Assembly (NCBI GenBank): GCA_037481695.1
Contig: JBBFLE010000020.1
Coordinates: forward strand, 1,721 to 65,720
Source of the DNA: a bacterium
GTDB taxonomy: Bacteria > Desulfobacterota > Desulfocorpusculales > Desulfocorpusculum
Length of the DNA: 64,000 nucleotides
Reading direction: 5' to 3'
Under the pieces are notes generated by a model. That model saw only the letters and a program-made list of their open reading frames with translations, was not told the DNA's origin and did not search any database. Position numbers and translations under genes: made by a program. This document shows, in pieces, positions 28,825-38,369 of the stretch (positions within the stretch are counted from its first letter, which is position 1; every line of letters begins with the position of its first letter).

Positions 28825-30111
28825 TCAATGGGCGCTCATTGATCTGGGGCCTGCAAAGATCCTCAAAGGTACTACGGCTGATCCCAGGGAGCCCAGAGGC
28901 TCGCTCCAGTAGTCTGTGATCAGGGGATCTTTCTGCCTGAGCACTGCCTCGGCCTCCTCTTTTCCCAACACGTGCCTTTCCAGAAAGGCCATGGAGTATC
29001 GCCTTATGACCTCGAATTGGGTCTCGGATCCGCTCATGAGCCTGGCCCCCAGGCTTTGGGAGAATCTATTGTTGAAGGAGAAATGGGTGCCCCCCTTGAC
29101 CACGAGCAAGTACTTGGGTGGTGAGAGATTTCTGAAGATCCTCTCTTGGAGATCCAACATGCTCTTGGAACCTCGAAGCTGCCCCTTCTCCTTTTCCCCC
29201 ATGAACAGCATGGAAGGCATTCGCACAGCACTAAGCTCCTCGTCCTTGAAGAGGTAACTGCCGGCCCCGGTGGAAAAAAGCAGGACTGCCTTTATTCTGG
29301 GGTCATGCTGCTCAGGGATGGTTCCGCAAAGCCCCAGGGCGGTGAAGCCCCCGAAAGAGTGCCCTCCAACAGCCACCTTGCCCTTATCTATAAGAGGCCC
29401 GAAGCTCTCTGAGGCCAGCATATGCCCCAGCACCAGTTGCATCTCCTCTAGCCGATAGAGATACCTCACCCTGTCAGCAGGACCTGATGAGGCTATTTGC
29501 CTTAGGTAACTGAGAAAGCCCCTGCGATCCAGGTCCCCTTGTTGGCCTGTCCTTATGCGCACGGCCGAGTAGGCGTCGTTGTGGTCAGGGCAGGCCACTA
29601 TCCAGCCTCGGGAAGCAAGGGCTTCTGTCAAGAAAAGCGCACTGAGTCCGCTTCCACCATAGCCATGAGAAAATACAAAAAGGGGATAAGGCGCTCCAGC
29701 AGGATCTGGTCTTGCATCAAAGGCAACCATGCCTCTTGTGGGGCCCCCGTAATTGTACTCATGGGGCGCCTCGGTGGTGGGATACCAAACCGCCACCGCC
29801 AGAATTTGCTTGTTTTGGCCTCTTTTAGCATAGAGATCCAAGATCTGGAATCCCACGTTGAAAGGAGCCAGGGGGTCAGCTTGTGCCTCTGTGGGATTGA
29901 AATACCTCAGGAGAAAAGCTCCTAAGAGCATCACCAGAGAGGCCCATGAGGAGGCCCGAGAAAGTAAGACATTGGATAGCCCACAAGAATACATGCCCGA
30001 TCTTTCTTCATCAGAGCTGCTGGTGTGGAAGCCCACGGGTTTTCTCTGAACTTTCAAGAGGACTTCATCTTGCTCTATTTTTTCTCCTATAACAAGCTCC
30101 ATATATTTCAA
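28825..30111 (-). CDS. Secreted or membrane-anchored alpha/beta hydrolase (dienelactone hydrolase / PAF-acetylhydrolase-like)
   Basis: Nucleophile elbow GGHSFGG, FVFSHGYGGSG segment, N-terminal hydrophobic anchor. Start uncertain: TTG 30111, ATG 30102 or ATG 29994. Confidence 0.7.
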   Translation of the reverse strand: MKYMELVIGEKIEQDEVLLKVQRKPVGFHTSSSDEERSGMYSCGLSNVLLSRASSWASLVMLLGAFLLRYFNPTEAQADPLAPFNVGFQILDLYAKRGQNKQILAVAVWYPTTEAPHEYNYGGPTRGMVAFDARPDPAGAPYPLFVFSHGYGGSGLSALFLTEALASRGWIVACPDHNDAYSAVRIRTGQQGDLDRRGFLSYLRQIASSGPADRVRYLYRLEEMQLVLGHMLASESFGPLIDKGKVAVGGHSFGGFTALGLCGTIPEQHDPRIKAVLLFSTGAGSYLFKDEELSAVRMPSMLFMGEKEKGQLRGSKSMLDLQERIFRNLSPPKYLLVVKGGTHFSFNNRFSQSLGARLMSGSETQFEVIRRYSMAFLERHVLGKEEAEAVLRQKDPLITDYWSEPLGSLGSAVVPLRIFAGPRSMSAH

Positions 30112-30142
30112 CGATATTTGACTTCAAAGACCGCTAGGTATA

Positions 30143-30160
30143 TATTCCTAATTAGGCATA
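30143..30160. promoter_or_regulatory. Candidate ArsR-family operator (imperfect 18-bp palindrome)
   Basis: TATtCCTAATTAGGcATA with a perfect 10-bp core CCTAATTAGG (30147-30156). Lies 16 nt upstream of the arsR-like ATG, in a 64-bp divergent intergenic region, and overlaps a TATATT -10-like hexamer. Confidence 0.5.
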
Positions 30161-30175
30161 CAGTTGGAGGTACAC

Positions 30176-30493
30176 ATGAGCACTCGATATTATGAAAAGA
30201 AGGCTTCCATCCTAAAAGCCCTAGCCCAGCCCACCCGACTGAAGATACTAGAAATGTTGAAGGCCGGGGAGCGCTGTGTTTGCGAGATGTACCCTGAGCT
30301 GGGCCAGGAGCAGCCCAACATCTCCAAGCACCTCAACCTAATGAAACAGGCAGGGATCCTGGATTCCCGCAAGGAGGGCCTCAGGGTCATCTACTGGATC
30401 AAGAACTCAGAGGTCTTGGAAATCCTGCGCCAGACTGACCAGATTCTGTTTAAGGAAGCAGAAGAGACCAGAAAATCCGTGCACGTGGCATGA
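30176..30493 (+). CDS. ArsR/SmtB-family metalloregulator
   Basis: Start refined to ATG 30176 (RBS GGAGG, 5-nt spacing). wHTH with ERCVCEM Cys pair and ISKHLNLMKQAGIL recognition helix. Confidence 0.85.
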   Translation: MSTRYYEKKASILKALAQPTRLKILEMLKAGERCVCEMYPELGQEQPNISKHLNLMKQAGILDSRKEGLRVIYWIKNSEVLEILRQTDQILFKEAEETRKSVHVA

Positions 30494-30562
30494 TTCCTCA
30501 GGCGATCTGCGGTCCTGTTCAGTTGCTTGCCTCAAGCAGCCCCATTTAGAAGGAGGTTTTTT

Positions 30563-31732
30563 TTGAAGGAAAGGTACAAGCTCCTGATTCTGGTCCTGGG
30601 ATTCATAGCAGCCTACTATATTCCTTTTTCTCATGGGAAAGTCAGGCAGGCGGGCCTCGAGGCCTTCCTGCTGCTCCAGCAGTACGCCAGGGAGCACGTG
30701 CTCAGCTGTCTTGTCCCAGCCTTCTTCATCGCAGGGGCCATAGGTGTCTTCGTCTCCCAGGCGGCAGTCCTCAAGTACTTCGGGGCAGGGGCCAACAAGA
30801 TCCTGTCCTACTCGGTGGCATCTGTCTCGGGCACCATCCTGGCTGTGTGTTCATGCACGGTCCTGCCCCTGTTCGCCGGGATCTACATGCGGGGGGCCGG
30901 GATCGGGCCTGCCACGGCCTTCCTCTACTCCGGCCCGGCCATTAACGTGTTGGCAATAGTACTTACAGCCCGGGTCCTGGGTTGGCAGTTGGGGCTGGCC
31001 AGGGCCATAGGGGCCGTCCTCTTTTCGGTGGCCGTGGGCCTTGCCATGCATTTAATATACCTCAGGGAGGAAAAGGAGCGCGTGGCTGGCCAGTTCTTCC
31101 TCCCAGAGGAAGAAGGCAAGCAGAGGCCCCTTTGGCAGAAGGCCTTGCACATGGCGACCCTGGTGGCCATTCTGATATTTGCGGCCTGGGGAAGGCCCGA
31201 AGAACCTGTGGGTTTTTGGATGGCCGTGTGGAAGGTGCACTGGTACATCACGGCCGTTCTCCTTGGGATCTTGGCCCTTGAGCTCTGGGGCTGGTTTCAG
31301 AAGGAGGAACTTCGCTCCTGGGTGGATTCCACATGGGGTTTTACCAAGCAGATCCTTCCCCTTTTATTCGGGGGGGTGCTGGTGGCCGGGTTCCTCCTGG
31401 GGAGGCCGGGCCACGAGGCCCTGATCCCCGAAAGCTGGGTGCATGCCCTGCTCGGAGGCAACTCCCTGCGTGCCAACCTCTTCGCCTCTGTCTTCGGGGC
31501 CCTCATGTACTTCGCCACCTTGACCGAGGTCCCCATATTGCAGGGCCTTTTGGGAAACGGCATGGGAAACGGACCGGCCCTGGCCCTGTTGTTGGCAGGG
31601 CCTGCCCTGAGCCTCCCCAACATGCTCGTGATCCGAAGCCTCATCGGTACCCAGAAGACCCTGGTATACGTGGCACTGGTGGTGGTGTTCTCTACAGTCG
31701 CTGGGATCTTGTTCGGGAGGCTGACGTCGTAA
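30563..31732 (+). CDS. COG0701 permease (YraQ/ArsP-like)
   Basis: Polytopic membrane protein with a CSCTVLPLF motif (vicinal Cys pair in a TM helix). Likely start is TTG 30563 (RBS AGGAGG, 6-nt spacing); the track start is TTG 30527. Confidence 0.8.
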   Translation: MKERYKLLILVLGFIAAYYIPFSHGKVRQAGLEAFLLLQQYAREHVLSCLVPAFFIAGAIGVFVSQAAVLKYFGAGANKILSYSVASVSGTILAVCSCTVLPLFAGIYMRGAGIGPATAFLYSGPAINVLAIVLTARVLGWQLGLARAIGAVLFSVAVGLAMHLIYLREEKERVAGQFFLPEEEGKQRPLWQKALHMATLVAILIFAAWGRPEEPVGFWMAVWKVHWYITAVLLGILALELWGWFQKEELRSWVDSTWGFTKQILPLLFGGVLVAGFLLGRPGHEALIPESWVHALLGGNSLRANLFASVFGALMYFATLTEVPILQGLLGNGMGNGPALALLLAGPALSLPNMLVIRSLIGTQKTLVYVALVVVFSTVAGILFGRLTS

Positions 31733-31825
31733 AAAAAGGGGGTGAGAGAGACATTTGTTAGTTGCCAAAGGGGTTTGCCGTCTAGATGAGCCGTTTTCAC
31801 TGAGGGTGAGGAGGAAGAGCTGACC

Positions 31826-32065
31826 ATGAAGATCGAAGTCTTGGGCACTGGTTGTGCCAAGTGTCAGGCAGCCGAGGCCTTGTGCAAGGAGGCTGTCGAG
31901 GAGTTGGGCATGGATGCTGAGGTGATCAAGGTCTCCAAGATCCATGAGATAGCCAAACGAGGCGTCTTCGCAACGCCAGCTGTGGTCATAGAAGGCAAGG
32001 TCAAGTGTGTGGGGAGGATCCCCAAACTAGAAGAGGTGAAACAGTGGCTCCAGGCGGGCAATTGA
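31826..32065 (+). CDS. Small thioredoxin-fold protein (redox-active disulfide protein 2 type)
   Basis: 79 aa, MKIEVLGTGCAKCQ with a CxxC motif. This is the usual partner of ArsR plus COG0701 permease genes. Confidence 0.8.
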   Translation: MKIEVLGTGCAKCQAAEALCKEAVEELGMDAEVIKVSKIHEIAKRGVFATPAVVIEGKVKCVGRIPKLEEVKQWLQAGN

Positions 32066-32116
32066 GGCCACAAAGCAGTAAGCCTGTGGGGCAGGAAAGG
32101 AGGACGAAGCAAAAGC

Positions 32117-33355
32117 ATGAGCCGGCAAGCTAGGGACGTAAAGCCGCTGATCTTCGCATTCTTTATTCTGCTGGCCACTTCGGGCTTTGCATCTAGCTTT
32201 TACCTGGCCCGATCCCACTACTCCATCCTCTCGGGTAAGCATACAGGAGCCAGCTTCTGTACCGTGAGTCAAGTTGTGGACTGTGATGCAGTGGCAACAA
32301 GCCCTTACTCTGAGATGTACCAGATTCCCTTGGCCTCCTTTGGGGCCTTGGTATATCTGCTAATGTTTTCATTTTCACTCTTGGGTCTTTTCTATGACCC
32401 CCTTTCCCGCTTCTCACTGAGGTTTCTTTTTTTCATCTCTGCCCTTTGTGTACTCTTTGATGCTTACCTGGCCTTTGTGGGCTTCGTGATATTGAAGCTG
32501 GTCTGTCTGGTTTGCATTTTTACCTACTTGGTAAACCTGGCCTTTCTTGTGCTTTCCAAAAGGGCCCTGAAAGAGAGCTTGGACACAATCCTCAAGAAGC
32601 TTTGGGAAAGCCTCCCTTTTCTGGATGCCTCCCTTGGAGTTCAAAAACCTTTGGCTAGGCTCTTTCACTGCCTGAACCTGGTGATTGTACTGTTGGGCTT
32701 AGCCTTGATTCTTGGGGCCCGCTGGCACTTCGTGGGAGACAAACAAGAGAATGTGAAAAAAATCCTCGAAGGCCTGGACAAGCAAAAGCCTGTGGCCCTT
32801 TCTTTGGATGGAGCCCCAAGGCTGGGACCGCACAAGCCCAAAGTGACCCTGGTGGAGTTCAGCGACTTTCAGTGCCCCTATTGCAAGGAGTTCGCCTCGG
32901 CCCTCAAGATGGTCCAAAAGCGTTATTCCAAGGAAGTGACCCTTTACTTCAAACATTATCCTCTGGACGATGCATGTAACCCTTATATTCAAAGACCATT
33001 TCACCAAGAGGCCTGCAAACTGGCCCAGATGAGCATCTGTCTTCAAGATCTGGGTAGGTTCTGGGATATGGACGAGGTGCTTTTTAGCTCTAGGGGCTCG
33101 GGGGAATCACTCAAAAGAGCTCTGTCATCCCGAGGGATTGATCCTGAAAACATCATATCCTGTTCCCTTCAATCCCAGACAAGGGATAGGGTCTTACAAG
33201 ACATCCATGAGGGGCGCAATGCTGGAGTCAGGGCCACCCCCACCATCTTCATCAACGGCTACAGGCTGGAAGGTGCATGGGATCCCTTCACCTTGAGCCT
33301 CTTGGTGGAAAGGCTCTTGCTCAAAGCTCATGATCCAGCAAAGGGTGGCAGCTGA
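32117..33355 (+). CDS. Vitamin K epoxide reductase (VKOR)-DsbA/thioredoxin fusion protein
   Basis: N-terminal multi-TM domain with a loop Cys pair (FCTVSQVVDCD) and an in-membrane CLVC. C-terminal thioredoxin fold with FQCPYCKEF. Confidence 0.75.
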   Translation: MSRQARDVKPLIFAFFILLATSGFASSFYLARSHYSILSGKHTGASFCTVSQVVDCDAVATSPYSEMYQIPLASFGALVYLLMFSFSLLGLFYDPLSRFSLRFLFFISALCVLFDAYLAFVGFVILKLVCLVCIFTYLVNLAFLVLSKRALKESLDTILKKLWESLPFLDASLGVQKPLARLFHCLNLVIVLLGLALILGARWHFVGDKQENVKKILEGLDKQKPVALSLDGAPRLGPHKPKVTLVEFSDFQCPYCKEFASALKMVQKRYSKEVTLYFKHYPLDDACNPYIQRPFHQEACKLAQMSICLQDLGRFWDMDEVLFSSRGSGESLKRALSSRGIDPENIISCSLQSQTRDRVLQDIHEGRNAGVRATPTIFINGYRLEGAWDPFTLSLLVERLLLKAHDPAKGGS

Positions 33356-33564
33356 TGCAACGCAACAAGCCGCATGGGGAGCCAATTATTGTGTGGAATG
33401 AGGTTTTCTGGATTCTGCTTCCATGTTGGAGGCCACTATGGGCGGATCCTAGGGCAAGGAACAAAGGAGAATGTTGCAAGCTCATTGAAAACATTGGCCC
33501 CAAAAGGGGAAGATGGCATTGCTGCTCAGGGCCGGCCCTTGGATGAAAAAACTGGCTCAGGAAA

Positions 33565-34218
33565 TTGGAGAAGTTGGAAAAGCAATACAAAGCAAATGCG
33601 ACACAGGAAAACATCATCCCAGATGAGGTGGTCGCCTCTTTGCCAGAGGGTCGTGAGATGCCCGTGTTCGAGGAAAAAGTAGAACGCCCTGTGCATGAAG
33701 TTGACCCACAACAGCAGGCTCATATGGGCTGGCCTTGGGTGAGAAAAGCCCTGATGCAGGCTGCATTGCTTTTGATCCTTGGGGGGGCCTTGGGAGTTGT
33801 ATCAGAGCAGATAAGGGGCTCCAAAATAGCCTGGGTGGCCTCTTGGTCTCAGAAGGAGGTGACGGCCAAAAACCTGGAGGGCCTCCAGGAGATATCCCCA
33901 AAGGAGGCCTGGGAGGCTCACAGGGCAGGCAAGGCTATCTTTCTGGATGCTAGGGATCCCTGGAGTTTTGCTTCTGGGCACCTCCCGGGAGCCATCAATG
34001 TGCCTGTGTCCGAGGTGGAGACCTACTTTGACGAGATCTCTGCATTGGAGCAGGCCGGTTTGATTCCCGTGGCTTACTGTGATGGAGCGGACTGCCCCCT
34101 GGGAGCCGAGCTTGCCCGCGCTCTTCGGGAAAAAGGTGTTAAAGATGTGAGAGTTCTGGTCAACGGATGGAGCCTTTGGAGGGATTCGGGTTACCCTGTG
34201 GAGCAAGGGAAGAGGTGA
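33565..34218 (+). CDS. Membrane-anchored rhodanese-domain protein
   Basis: One TM helix (ALMQAALLLILGGALGVV) followed by a rhodanese fold (AIFLDARDPWSFASGHLPGAINVP; active-site loop AYCDGADCPLGAE). Start uncertain: TTG 33565, ATG 33658 or ATG 33724. Confidence 0.7.
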   Translation: MEKLEKQYKANATQENIIPDEVVASLPEGREMPVFEEKVERPVHEVDPQQQAHMGWPWVRKALMQAALLLILGGALGVVSEQIRGSKIAWVASWSQKEVTAKNLEGLQEISPKEAWEAHRAGKAIFLDARDPWSFASGHLPGAINVPVSEVETYFDEISALEQAGLIPVAYCDGADCPLGAELARALREKGVKDVRVLVNGWSLWRDSGYPVEQGKR

Positions 34219-34697
34219 TGAGGCCTTTGTTAAGCTCCCCATGGCTGGCTCTTTTTTTTCGATTTGTCCTGGGTGGGATTTTTCTATACGCCGGTATGGT
34301 GAAGTCCCAAGATCCAGCGGGGTTTGCGCAGGCCACATACAATTACAGGATCCTTTCGGGTCAGCTCATAAATCCCATGGCTATCCTGCTGCCTTGGGTG
34401 GAGATAGTCATGGGCATTGCCCTGCTTTTGGGTTGTTGGGTGCCTGGGGCGAGCCTCCTGGCCGTAGTGTTGCTCGGGATCTTTGCAATGGCTCTTTGCA
34501 TTAACTTGGCAAGGGGTCTGGATGTAGACTGCGGATGTTTTTCCACGTTACAGTCAGGATCCGGCAATACGCTCTGGTATTTCCTGAGGGACATCTTGCT
34601 GTTGAGCCTTGCGTTTCACGTGCTCATTTTCGACAGGCAAAAGGCTTGCCTGGCGCGTATCTTGAGAAGGAGTAGGTATCGAAGCTATAACGGGTGA
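34218..34697 (+). CDS. MauE/DoxX-family redox-associated membrane protein
   Basis: Start refined to ATG 34218, which overlaps the rhodanese TGA by 1 nt (GTGATGA). Four TM helices; FRFVLGGIFLYAGMVK; Cys pair DCGCF. Confidence 0.75.
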   Translation: MRPLLSSPWLALFFRFVLGGIFLYAGMVKSQDPAGFAQATYNYRILSGQLINPMAILLPWVEIVMGIALLLGCWVPGASLLAVVLLGIFAMALCINLARGLDVDCGCFSTLQSGSGNTLWYFLRDILLLSLAFHVLIFDRQKACLARILRRSRYRSYNG

Positions 34698-34718
34698 GCT
34701 TGGGGCTTTGCAAGGAGT

Positions 34719-36323
34719 TTAAGCTGCCCTGTGCACCATTTTACCCGCCACAAAAGTCATCTTAACACCTTTGGAGGTCATGTCCCTGGCAGGAATATCG
34801 AAGGGATCTTTTTCCATCACAACAAAATCGGCCCATTTCCCAACACAGATCGTGCCTGTGAGATGCTCCTCCCCTGAAAAGTAAGCTGCCTCCCTGTTAT
34901 AAAGGGGCAGGGCCTCCTCCATGGTGAGTCTTTCCTTGGGCCCCAAGTCTCGGCCTGAGGCTGTCTTTCTAAGTAAGGCATCTCTTAGCCCCACCAGTGG
35001 ATCCGGATCCGCCACCGGCGAGTCAGAGGAAAGTGCCAGTCTTATGCCGCTACTCAAAAGAGTCTTGAAAGGATAGAGGCCTTGGGAACGTTTAGCCCCG
35101 TAAGCTTCCATGAAGCTGTCCCCCAAGAGGGAGAAAAAGTTGGCCTGGCTGGATATGTAAAGTCCCATTCGGGATGTTCTCTCTATCTGAGAAGGGGTTA
35201 TGTTTCCTGCATGCACCACGTGGTGCCTGAGGTGATTGCCCTGTTGGATGCAGCGCTCAAAGGCCTTGATCAGGATCTCCAGGGCCTTGTCCCCCTGGGC
35301 ATGCACCGAGACCCTGTATCCCCTTTGGTGGAATCTCTGGATCTCTTTGACAAGGCTCTTAAGATCGTAGTTTAGAATTCCCAGCCCCCCTCCTACGTAA
35401 GGCTTTGAGACAGCCGCTGTCTTGCTACTCATGCCCCCATCCAGGAATATTTTTATGCCCCCTAGTTTCAGCCTCTCCGAGCCAAAGCCCTGGCCTATAC
35501 CTGCATCCATAAGGGCTCCGGCCCACTGATTCAGCACATATGGCCTTAGCCTCAGGGTGAGTTTTCCCTTGTCCTCCAAGTCCTGAAAGCTTCTCAAGGT
35601 CAGGGGGTCCACCAAAGGATCATGCACTGCCACAATGCCAAGTCTGTTATAGTCCCTGGCGCAATTCGCCATCATTTCCACCCTCTCTTCTGAACAAAGC
35701 CCACCCATCACCTGGGAGTAAATGGAAGGGCTGGCAAAAAAAAGAGGCCCCATGATGGCGGACTCCTGCAGTATGCCGTTGGGAAGCCCGTTGGAATCTT
35801 TGAGAATCTTTCCCCCTGGCGGATCAAAACTTTGGCGATCGTAGCCCAGTCTTTTCAAACCAGGTGTGTTCACCACGGCCCCATGCACAGAGACATGCAC
35901 CAAACATATGGGGTGGCGGGTGGAAGCCCGGTCCAGATCCTTACGGGTGAGCTCCTTCTTGTCTTCCAGCAGGTAAGAGGCATAACCCCAACCCAATATC
36001 CACCTGCCTGGAGGAGTCTTTTCCGCCCTTTGGCGCAGGGCCTCCACCACTTCGTTGCTCCTGAGGCAACCTGCGGTCGCTCTACAGTCCACCTGGCTGC
36101 GCAAGAACGCAGTCATGCAGAAATGATTGTGGGAATCTATGAATCCTGGCAGGACCGTTCTGCCCTCCAGGTCCATCACCTCCTTGGCGTAACCCAAGAG
36201 AGCCTGAGCCTCTTGGTCGGAACCAACCCAGGCAATCTTTCCGAACATTACTGCCAAGGCCTGGGCCAAAGGTTTATTGGGATCCATGGTGCGGATGTTG
36301 CCGTTTCTCAGTAGTAGGTCCAT
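34719..36323 (-). CDS. Amidohydrolase-3 family metal-dependent hydrolase (YtcJ-like)
   Basis: 534 aa. HxH metal motif PGFIDSHNHF, later HAQGD and SDSPV motifs. Confidence 0.85.
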   Translation of the reverse strand: MDLLLRNGNIRTMDPNKPLAQALAVMFGKIAWVGSDQEAQALLGYAKEVMDLEGRTVLPGFIDSHNHFCMTAFLRSQVDCRATAGCLRSNEVVEALRQRAEKTPPGRWILGWGYASYLLEDKKELTRKDLDRASTRHPICLVHVSVHGAVVNTPGLKRLGYDRQSFDPPGGKILKDSNGLPNGILQESAIMGPLFFASPSIYSQVMGGLCSEERVEMMANCARDYNRLGIVAVHDPLVDPLTLRSFQDLEDKGKLTLRLRPYVLNQWAGALMDAGIGQGFGSERLKLGGIKIFLDGGMSSKTAAVSKPYVGGGLGILNYDLKSLVKEIQRFHQRGYRVSVHAQGDKALEILIKAFERCIQQGNHLRHHVVHAGNITPSQIERTSRMGLYISSQANFFSLLGDSFMEAYGAKRSQGLYPFKTLLSSGIRLALSSDSPVADPDPLVGLRDALLRKTASGRDLGPKERLTMEEALPLYNREAAYFSGEEHLTGTICVGKWADFVVMEKDPFDIPARDMTSKGVKMTFVAGKMVHRAA

Positions 36324-36326
36324 TTC

Positions 36327-38369
36327 TTAGATGCTCCTGCCCACCTCGTAGCCTTCCCATATGGCATCCAGTGCCTTCCTAGGACCCTTGGCGTCGCCTA
36401 TGACATGGATCTCCGGGACTATCCCCACAAGCCTCTGGGAGAGGTCTTCCTGAGCAGTGGAGCCCATGGCCAGCACCACCGAGTCACAAGGAATCTTTTC
36501 CTCCTTCTCCCCTCGCACCACCACAACTCCGTCCTCATGTATCTCCTTGGCTCTTGCGCCAGTAAGGGCCTTCACCCCGAAGCGGTGCAGATCCTGAACC
36601 ATGGCCCAGCGGGTTGAGATCCCGATGTCCTGTCCGATGCGATCCAGCATCTCGACTATGGTCACTTTTCTCCAGCCGCGCGTTATAAGCTTTTCCAGTA
36701 CCTCCCAGCTCTCGGCCCTCTGAAATGCCAGGAACTTGAAGGCTTCGGCAGAAATAGTCCCTGACTCGCAAAGGTGAAGGGCTGTCTCACACCCAACTGC
36801 CCCGCCTCCTATGATCACCACGTTTTTTCCCACAACCGCCTTCCCGGCCAACAGATCCCAGGCTGTAACCACATGGGGGCTTTTGATTCCCGGAATATCA
36901 GCAATGGAGGGCTTTGCCCCGGTGGCCAGGATCACTGCCTGGGGCCTGCCCCTGCGAATCTTTCCCCTGTCAACCCGCTCCCCCAGACGAATCCTGACTC
37001 CTGAGACCTCAAGCTGGACTGCCATGTCCCTGGCAGCCTGTCTGAAATCCCGTCTCATGGCCGGGGCTCCGGCCAGACGTAGCTGACCTCCCAACTCCTG
37101 TTCCTGTTCATAAAGGGTCACCTGGTGACCTCTCCTGGCTGCCGTTACTGCCGCCATCATTCCTGCTGGGCCACCTCCTATGATCCATATTTTCTTTGGG
37201 CTTTGGGAGGGCTCCTCCTTTATCTCGAATTCCCTCCCAGACCTCGGGTGCATGAGACAGCTTACAGGCCTCATCATGAACACATGGTCAAAGCAGGCCT
37301 GAGCACAGCCAATGCAATGTACTATCTCCCTTAATCTCCCCTCCCTGGCCTTCAGCAATAGCTGGGGATCCGCCAAGAAGGCCCTCGCCATGCCCACGAA
37401 ATCCCCGCAGCCCTCCCTGAGCACCTCCTCTGCCACCAAAGGATCGTTTATACGATTGCACGCTATAACCGGAACTCTCACTTCCTCTCTGACCCCCCGG
37501 GCCAAGTAGGTAAAACTGGCGCGGGGTATACTCATGAGAAGCTGGGGTACCCTGGTCTCGTGCCAGCCACCGGTGACGTTCAGCCCGTCCACCCCTTGCT
37601 GCTCCAAGGCCTTGGCGAAAATCCTGGCCTCCTCGTTGGTGTGGCTGCCTGGGACAAAATCATTTCCCGCAATACGGCATATGACCGTGTAATTGCCTCC
37701 CACTTCCTGGCGCACTGCCTTCAGGACCTCCAGAGCAAAACGCATCCGGTTTTCCAAGGACCCGCCGTACTCGTCTTGCCTCTTGTTGGTAAGCGGAGAC
37801 AGAAACTGGCTTATCAAATACCCTGCACTGGCCAGGATCTCCACACCGTCGAAGCCAACCTCCTTGGCTCTCAGGGCGGCCCTGGCAAAGTTCTCTATGA
37901 CCCAACAGATCTCCGAGCGTGTCATCTCCTTGGGAGTCTCCCTGGTGAAGCGGGAAAAGACTCCCGATGGCGAAAGGGCCTGCTTCCCGCCCAGGAAAAA
38001 GGAGTGAGCATACCCTCCGGCATGGTAGAGCTGCGCGATGATCCTTCCTCCTGCTTGGTGAATTGCCTCGGTAAAACGCATCAGCCCCTCTCTGTCACAG
38101 TCCTCCTTGAGGCTCAGCATGTCGGGGGAGCCACTGTACTCGTCTACAGTACAGCCGCCCACTATGGCCAGGGCAAGCCCATAGCGGGCACGCTCCCGGT
38201 AGAACTCCACAATTCTTTGCGAGACCTTGCCTCCAGGAGTGTAATTCAAGTGCATAGCAGTCATAACCACTCTGTTTTGAAGCTCCAAGACTCCTAATCT
38301 ACCGGGAGTAAAAAGGCTCTCCAACATGAATTCCCTCCTCAACTCAAGGCTATGGAAGCTCTGAAACAT
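36327..38369 (-). CDS. NADPH-dependent 2,4-dienoyl-CoA reductase-like flavoprotein (OYE domain, 4Fe-4S and FAD/NAD domains)
   Basis: 680 aa. OYE-like N-terminal half, Cys cluster CIGCAQAC...C, two dinucleotide folds IIGGGPAGM and IIGGGAVGCE. The start may be the internal Met at 38327. Confidence 0.85.
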   Translation of the reverse strand: MFQSFHSLELRREFMLESLFTPGRLGVLELQNRVVMTAMHLNYTPGGKVSQRIVEFYRERARYGLALAIVGGCTVDEYSGSPDMLSLKEDCDREGLMRFTEAIHQAGGRIIAQLYHAGGYAHSFFLGGKQALSPSGVFSRFTRETPKEMTRSEICWVIENFARAALRAKEVGFDGVEILASAGYLISQFLSPLTNKRQDEYGGSLENRMRFALEVLKAVRQEVGGNYTVICRIAGNDFVPGSHTNEEARIFAKALEQQGVDGLNVTGGWHETRVPQLLMSIPRASFTYLARGVREEVRVPVIACNRINDPLVAEEVLREGCGDFVGMARAFLADPQLLLKAREGRLREIVHCIGCAQACFDHVFMMRPVSCLMHPRSGREFEIKEEPSQSPKKIWIIGGGPAGMMAAVTAARRGHQVTLYEQEQELGGQLRLAGAPAMRRDFRQAARDMAVQLEVSGVRIRLGERVDRGKIRRGRPQAVILATGAKPSIADIPGIKSPHVVTAWDLLAGKAVVGKNVVIIGGGAVGCETALHLCESGTISAEAFKFLAFQRAESWEVLEKLITRGWRKVTIVEMLDRIGQDIGISTRWAMVQDLHRFGVKALTGARAKEIHEDGVVVVRGEKEEKIPCDSVVLAMGSTAQEDLSQRLVGIVPEIHVIGDAKGPRKALDAIWEGYEVGRSI

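Noticed and set aside
33544-33546. In-frame TGA joining the 63-aa ORF to the rhodanese ORF, considered as a possible selenocysteine codon because selB is in the window
   Set aside because: The context G-U-K has no CxxU/UxxC-type redox motif. I can fold no SECIS-like hairpin in the ~40 nt downstream. Sharing a frame has a one-in-three chance.
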